DNA of 61,796 nt, filler included, from Candidatus Eiseniibacteriota bacterium (lineage in GTDB: Bacteria; Orphanbacterota; Orphanbacteria; Orphanbacterales; Orphanbacteraceae): NCBI GenBank assembly GCA_043809585.1. It is 5 parts of 5 records of this genome, joined end to end, with 100 filler letters (N's around TTAATTAATTAA, not from the genome) between each part and the next. Parts side by side here need not be neighbours in the genome. Positions count along the whole stretch, not along the records: positions 58,870 to 61,796 come from JBDROZ010000123.1; 4 more parts are not named here. One strand, written 5' to 3'. The notes beneath the pieces were generated by a model, which saw nothing but the letters and a program-made list of their open reading frames with translations, was not told where the DNA came from and did no database searches. Below, in pieces: positions 58,770 through 61,796 of the stretch. The translations under genes were made by a program, and so were the position numbers. The first letter of the stretch is position 1. Each line of letters starts with the position of its first letter.

Positions 58770-58869
58770 NNNNNNNNNNNNNNNNNNNNNNNNNNNNNNN
58801 NNNNNNNNNNNNNTTAATTAATTAANNNNNNNNNNNNNNNNNNNNNNNNNNNNNNNNNNNNNNNNNNNN
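58770..58869. other. Artificial contig linker
   Basis: N run with TTAATTAATTAA. Confidence 0.98.
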
Positions 58870-59009
58870 GCCGCCTGCGAAGCCTCCTTTCCGTCGCCGC
58901 CTCCTCGACGTAGTGCATGACTACGCCTCCGGTGGCGGCTCGTCCAAGTCGGCTTCTCGTCAGGCGATCCGAGCCCTCGTGACGGAGATTCATGCATAAT
59001 CCAGGCTAG
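58870..59009. mobile_element. MITE family 1, right part
   Basis: Ends GGAGATTCATGCATAATCCAGGCTAG, the inverted repeat of the 45603 left end. Confidence 0.85.
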
Positions 59010-59044
59010 GTCCCCGGGCCCCGGAGTGAGAGCGAATCTCCGGC

Positions 59045-59152
59045 GGAATGCGGGGGACATGAACTCATTTCGTGTCCCCCGAACTCTAATTAGGTATTGT
59101 GTCCCCCGAACTCTCGAGGAGGAGTCCGAGGAGGATGGCCACTTCGGAGTGA
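59045..59152. repeat. GGGGACA palindrome plus partial motif B
   Basis: GGGGGACATGAACTCATTTCGTGTCCCCC matches the 17531 array; GAGGAGGAGTCCGAGGAGGATGGCCACTTCGGAGTGA matches motif B. Confidence 0.8.
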
Positions 59153-59162
59153 GTGACGCGGG

Positions 59163-60722
59163 CTACTGCAGGTACGGCAGCGCCTCGAGCTGCTTCAGCT
59201 TCTCGGCGTTTTCGTCGATGCGGTCCTTCACGTCCCGTTCGATCGGCCGGTCGGCGACGCGAAGGGGGGCCGCCGCATCGAGGCCGGCGTCGAAGGGACC
59301 CTCGAAGGGAGCGCCGTCCATCCCCAAGGGGACGGTCTCGCCGAGGATCCGGAGCACCGTCGGCGCGAGGCCGTGAAGATCGAGAGGCGACTCGCCCCTC
59401 CCCCGGCGCACGTGGGGGCCCCGGGCGAGGAAGACCCCCCGGCGGTCGTGGTAGGCGGAAAACGTGAACGACGGCTTCTGGAAGAGTTCCCCCTCCTCGA
59501 GGGGCGACCCGCGCCCGATGAAATACCCCCGCTCGGGAAGGAAGAAGAGATCGGGCCCGTCCTCGAGATAGGGGCCGTGGAAGATCTCATCCGCCCGGTA
59601 GATCTCACGGACCACCTTGCGTCCGTTCAGCGGGTCCCGGATCGCCTCGAGCCTCGCCGTCACGTCGGCGAGGAGCTCGTCGTACTCCTCCCCCGGCTCG
59701 ATCACGCCGTCCGGAAAACGGTCGGTCCGGTTCACGGTGATGCGTCCGCCGAGATGGGTGAAATAGAGAAGACGGGACTTCATCGGATTCCGGTCGCAGT
59801 ACCCCTCCTCCCAGAGCCAGCGGAGAAGCTGGAGCTCCCGGTCCACCGGCGTGAACCCGTGGTCGGAGAGGACGAAGAGAATCGTGTTCTCGTCCGTGGC
59901 CGCCACGAACTCGCCCACGATCTCGTCGATCCGGATCCAGAAGTCGCGGATCGTGTTCCCGTACTTCCGGACCAGCTCGGGATCCACCTCCCGGCCCTCG
60001 GGGTCCATGAACTTCCAGAAGAAGTGCTGAGCCTTATCGGTCCCCATGAAGACCGCCCAGAAGAGATCCCACTCCTCGTTCCTGTAAAGGTCGAGGGCCG
60101 CCCGCGCCCTCCCTTCCCTCGTGGCGTTCAGATTCGCGAGAAAGGCGTCCTCCCCTCCCGGCGGCAGATACTCGCCGTACCGGTCGAGACGGTACCCCGC
60201 GAGGCGGCTCTCCAGCTCTTCGGGCCAGGTGTAGCCCGACTGGAAGAGATGGGGGAAGCCGGAGATCATGACGCCTTCGATCGGATCGGGGGGCGTCGTC
60301 ACCGGCACGCTCACCACGACGGAGCGGCGCTTCGAATCGGTCATGTACTCCCAGACCGCCTTCGCCCTCCGGTCGAGGGAGGTGGCGGGGACCGGCAGGA
60401 AGCGCGCCCGGTCGACCAACTCGAAGTCGAAGACGCCGTGCTTCGCCGGGTTCACTCCGGTGATCGCCGTGGTCCACGCGGGCGCCGAAAGGGGCGGAAT
60501 GACCGACTCGAGATCCGACGAATACCCCTCGTCCCGCATCTTTTTCAGGTTCGGGAGGAGCCCCTCCTCCATCCACGGATCGAGAAGATCGAAGGTGGCG
60601 CCGTCGAGGCCGATCACGGCGACCCGGAGACCGGTGGGACGGCTGTAGTCCTCACCGCATCCGGAGAAGAGAAGAAACGCGAGCAGAAGCGCGAGAAGAA
60701 GGTGAATGCCCCGCATGGTCAT
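59163..60722 (-). CDS. Alkaline phosphatase superfamily / type I phosphodiesterase lipoprotein
   Basis: Lipobox FSGC; VIGLDGAT, SVIPPLSAPAW, DKAQH, LSDHGF. Confidence 0.9.
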   Translation of the reverse strand: MTMRGIHLLLALLLAFLLFSGCGEDYSRPTGLRVAVIGLDGATFDLLDPWMEEGLLPNLKKMRDEGYSSDLESVIPPLSAPAWTTAITGVNPAKHGVFDFELVDRARFLPVPATSLDRRAKAVWEYMTDSKRRSVVVSVPVTTPPDPIEGVMISGFPHLFQSGYTWPEELESRLAGYRLDRYGEYLPPGGEDAFLANLNATREGRARAALDLYRNEEWDLFWAVFMGTDKAQHFFWKFMDPEGREVDPELVRKYGNTIRDFWIRIDEIVGEFVAATDENTILFVLSDHGFTPVDRELQLLRWLWEEGYCDRNPMKSRLLYFTHLGGRITVNRTDRFPDGVIEPGEEYDELLADVTARLEAIRDPLNGRKVVREIYRADEIFHGPYLEDGPDLFFLPERGYFIGRGSPLEEGELFQKPSFTFSAYHDRRGVFLARGPHVRRGRGESPLDLHGLAPTVLRILGETVPLGMDGAPFEGPFDAGLDAAAPLRVADRPIERDVKDRIDENAEKLKQLEALPYLQ

Positions 60723-60831
60723 GTTCAATCTCTCCCGAGGCCGCCCGGGATGGGTTACCCCGGCCGGCGCTCCCCGCACCATAGCAGATCGGTACCCGTG
60801 GAGAAACACCCGGAAAGACCCTTTCGTTCCC

Positions 60832-61796
60832 TCATCCGAGCCTTTTCCGGAAACCGAGCACGCTCGTCGTGAAGAGGAGCGTCCCGAGGAGGGCGAGGGC
60901 GGCGAGATCCCATCGGAGATCGGCCGGGCCCGCCCCCTTCAAGAGGACCTCCCGGACCGTGGCCATGAAGTACCGGAGGGGGTTCAGGCGGGTGAGCCAA
61001 CGGATCGCCTCCGGCATCTGGTGGATCGGCACGAAGAGGCCCGACAGGAGCACCATGAAGACGGAGACGAACCAGCTGAGAAAGAGGGCCTGAAGCTGGG
61101 TCGAACAGAGGGTCGACACGAAGAGGCCGATGCCGAGGGCGCAGAATAAGTAGAGGGAAGCGGCGCCCGCCACGAGGAAGAGGTTCCCTTCGAGGGGGAT
61201 CCCGAACCAGAACTTGCCGAAGCCGATCCCCACGCCGAGTTCGAGGAGGCCGAGAACGCCGTAGGGGATCACCTTGCCGAGGATGATCTGGTAGGGCCGG
61301 AGGGGCGTCACCAGGAGCTGCTCCATCGTGCCCGTCTCCTTCTCCCGGACCGTGCCGATCCCGGCGAAGAGGATCGCCACCATGCCGACCAGGATCGCGA
61401 CGATGCCCGGAACGGCGTACACCACCGACTGGAGCTCGGGGTTGTAGAGGACCCGCGTCTCGAGAGGATCCGCCCGATCCCACGCCCCCTCCCCCCCCGG
61501 CAGCGCCCGGGCGCCCACGGATCCGATCACCCGGGCGGCGTAGCCGAAGAGGACCCGGGCCGTGTTCGAGTTCTGCCCGTCGATGAGCACCTGCACCTTC
61601 GCCCCCCGGCCCTCGGTGAGGGCGGCCGCGTACCCGGCGGGGATGGTGATCGCCACATCCGCCCGCCCGGCGTCGAGGGCGAGGAGGGCATCCTCCCGGC
61701 GATCCAAGTACCCGAGAAAATCGAACCGCCCGGTCCTCTCGAAGGCGCGGACCGTCTCCCGGCTCCACGGGGACCCGTCCAGGTCCCGCGCGACGA
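60832..61796 (-). CDS. ABC-2 type permease (5' truncated)
   Basis: YNPEL, VREKETGTMEQLLVTP, NPLRYF. Confidence 0.92.
   Translation of the reverse strand, partial: VARDLDGSPWSRETVRAFERTGRFDFLGYLDRREDALLALDAGRADVAITIPAGYAAALTEGRGAKVQVLIDGQNSNTARVLFGYAARVIGSVGARALPGGEGAWDRADPLETRVLYNPELQSVVYAVPGIVAILVGMVAILFAGIGTVREKETGTMEQLLVTPLRPYQIILGKVIPYGVLGLLELGVGIGFGKFWFGIPLEGNLFLVAGAASLYLFCALGIGLFVSTLCSTQLQALFLSWFVSVFMVLLSGLFVPIHQMPEAIRWLTRLNPLRYFMATVREVLLKGAGPADLRWDLAALALLGTLLFTTSVLGFRKRLG

Overview
GC-rich bacterial sequence made of five contigs joined by artificial 100-nt N/TTAATTAATTAA linkers (14798-14897, 36975-37074, 45763-45862, 58770-58869), so adjacency across the gaps is not biological. Secreted proteins with FlgD-type C-termini and SWxxIK tails suggest an uncultured diderm lineage such as Eisenbacteria/Latescibacteria-like; this is an inference. 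Contig 1 has a Ser/Thr kinase gene with two in-frame kinase domains beside tRNA-Asn, then the S10-spc-alpha ribosomal operons. Contig 2 has a bactofilin + M23 peptidase pair behind a long leader with a sigma54-like promoter, a palindromic tandem array, the yicC-gmk-rpoZ-coaBC-udg-dnaB-mlaE-protease-mlaF-mlaD-ispD-ispF operon, an NFACT/RqcH gene, two paralogous secreted proteins, a thermonuclease, an M20 peptidase and a secreted ComEC-type MBL hydrolase. Contig 3 has an IS630 end, pgeF, a STAS/RsbW/TonB receptor/binding protein/receiver cluster, then dtd, maf, yjbQ and mtnA. Contig 4 has secreted FlgD-tail proteins, a mocA-like gene, acyl-CoA dehydrogenase, a two-domain PTPS, gltX, tRNA-Gln, a ModE-like regulator and a cysteine desulfurase. 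Contig 5 has a phosphodiesterase and an ABC permease. The most notable signals are (1) a modular intergenic repeat system (a covarying ~170-nt stem element, an ~85-nt companion motif and GGGGACA palindromes), (2) three MITE-like families, two of them sitting on stop codons, (3) a C-terminal SWxx(I/L)KxxFR motif shared by otherwise unrelated secreted proteins, and (4) the tandem-kinase protein.
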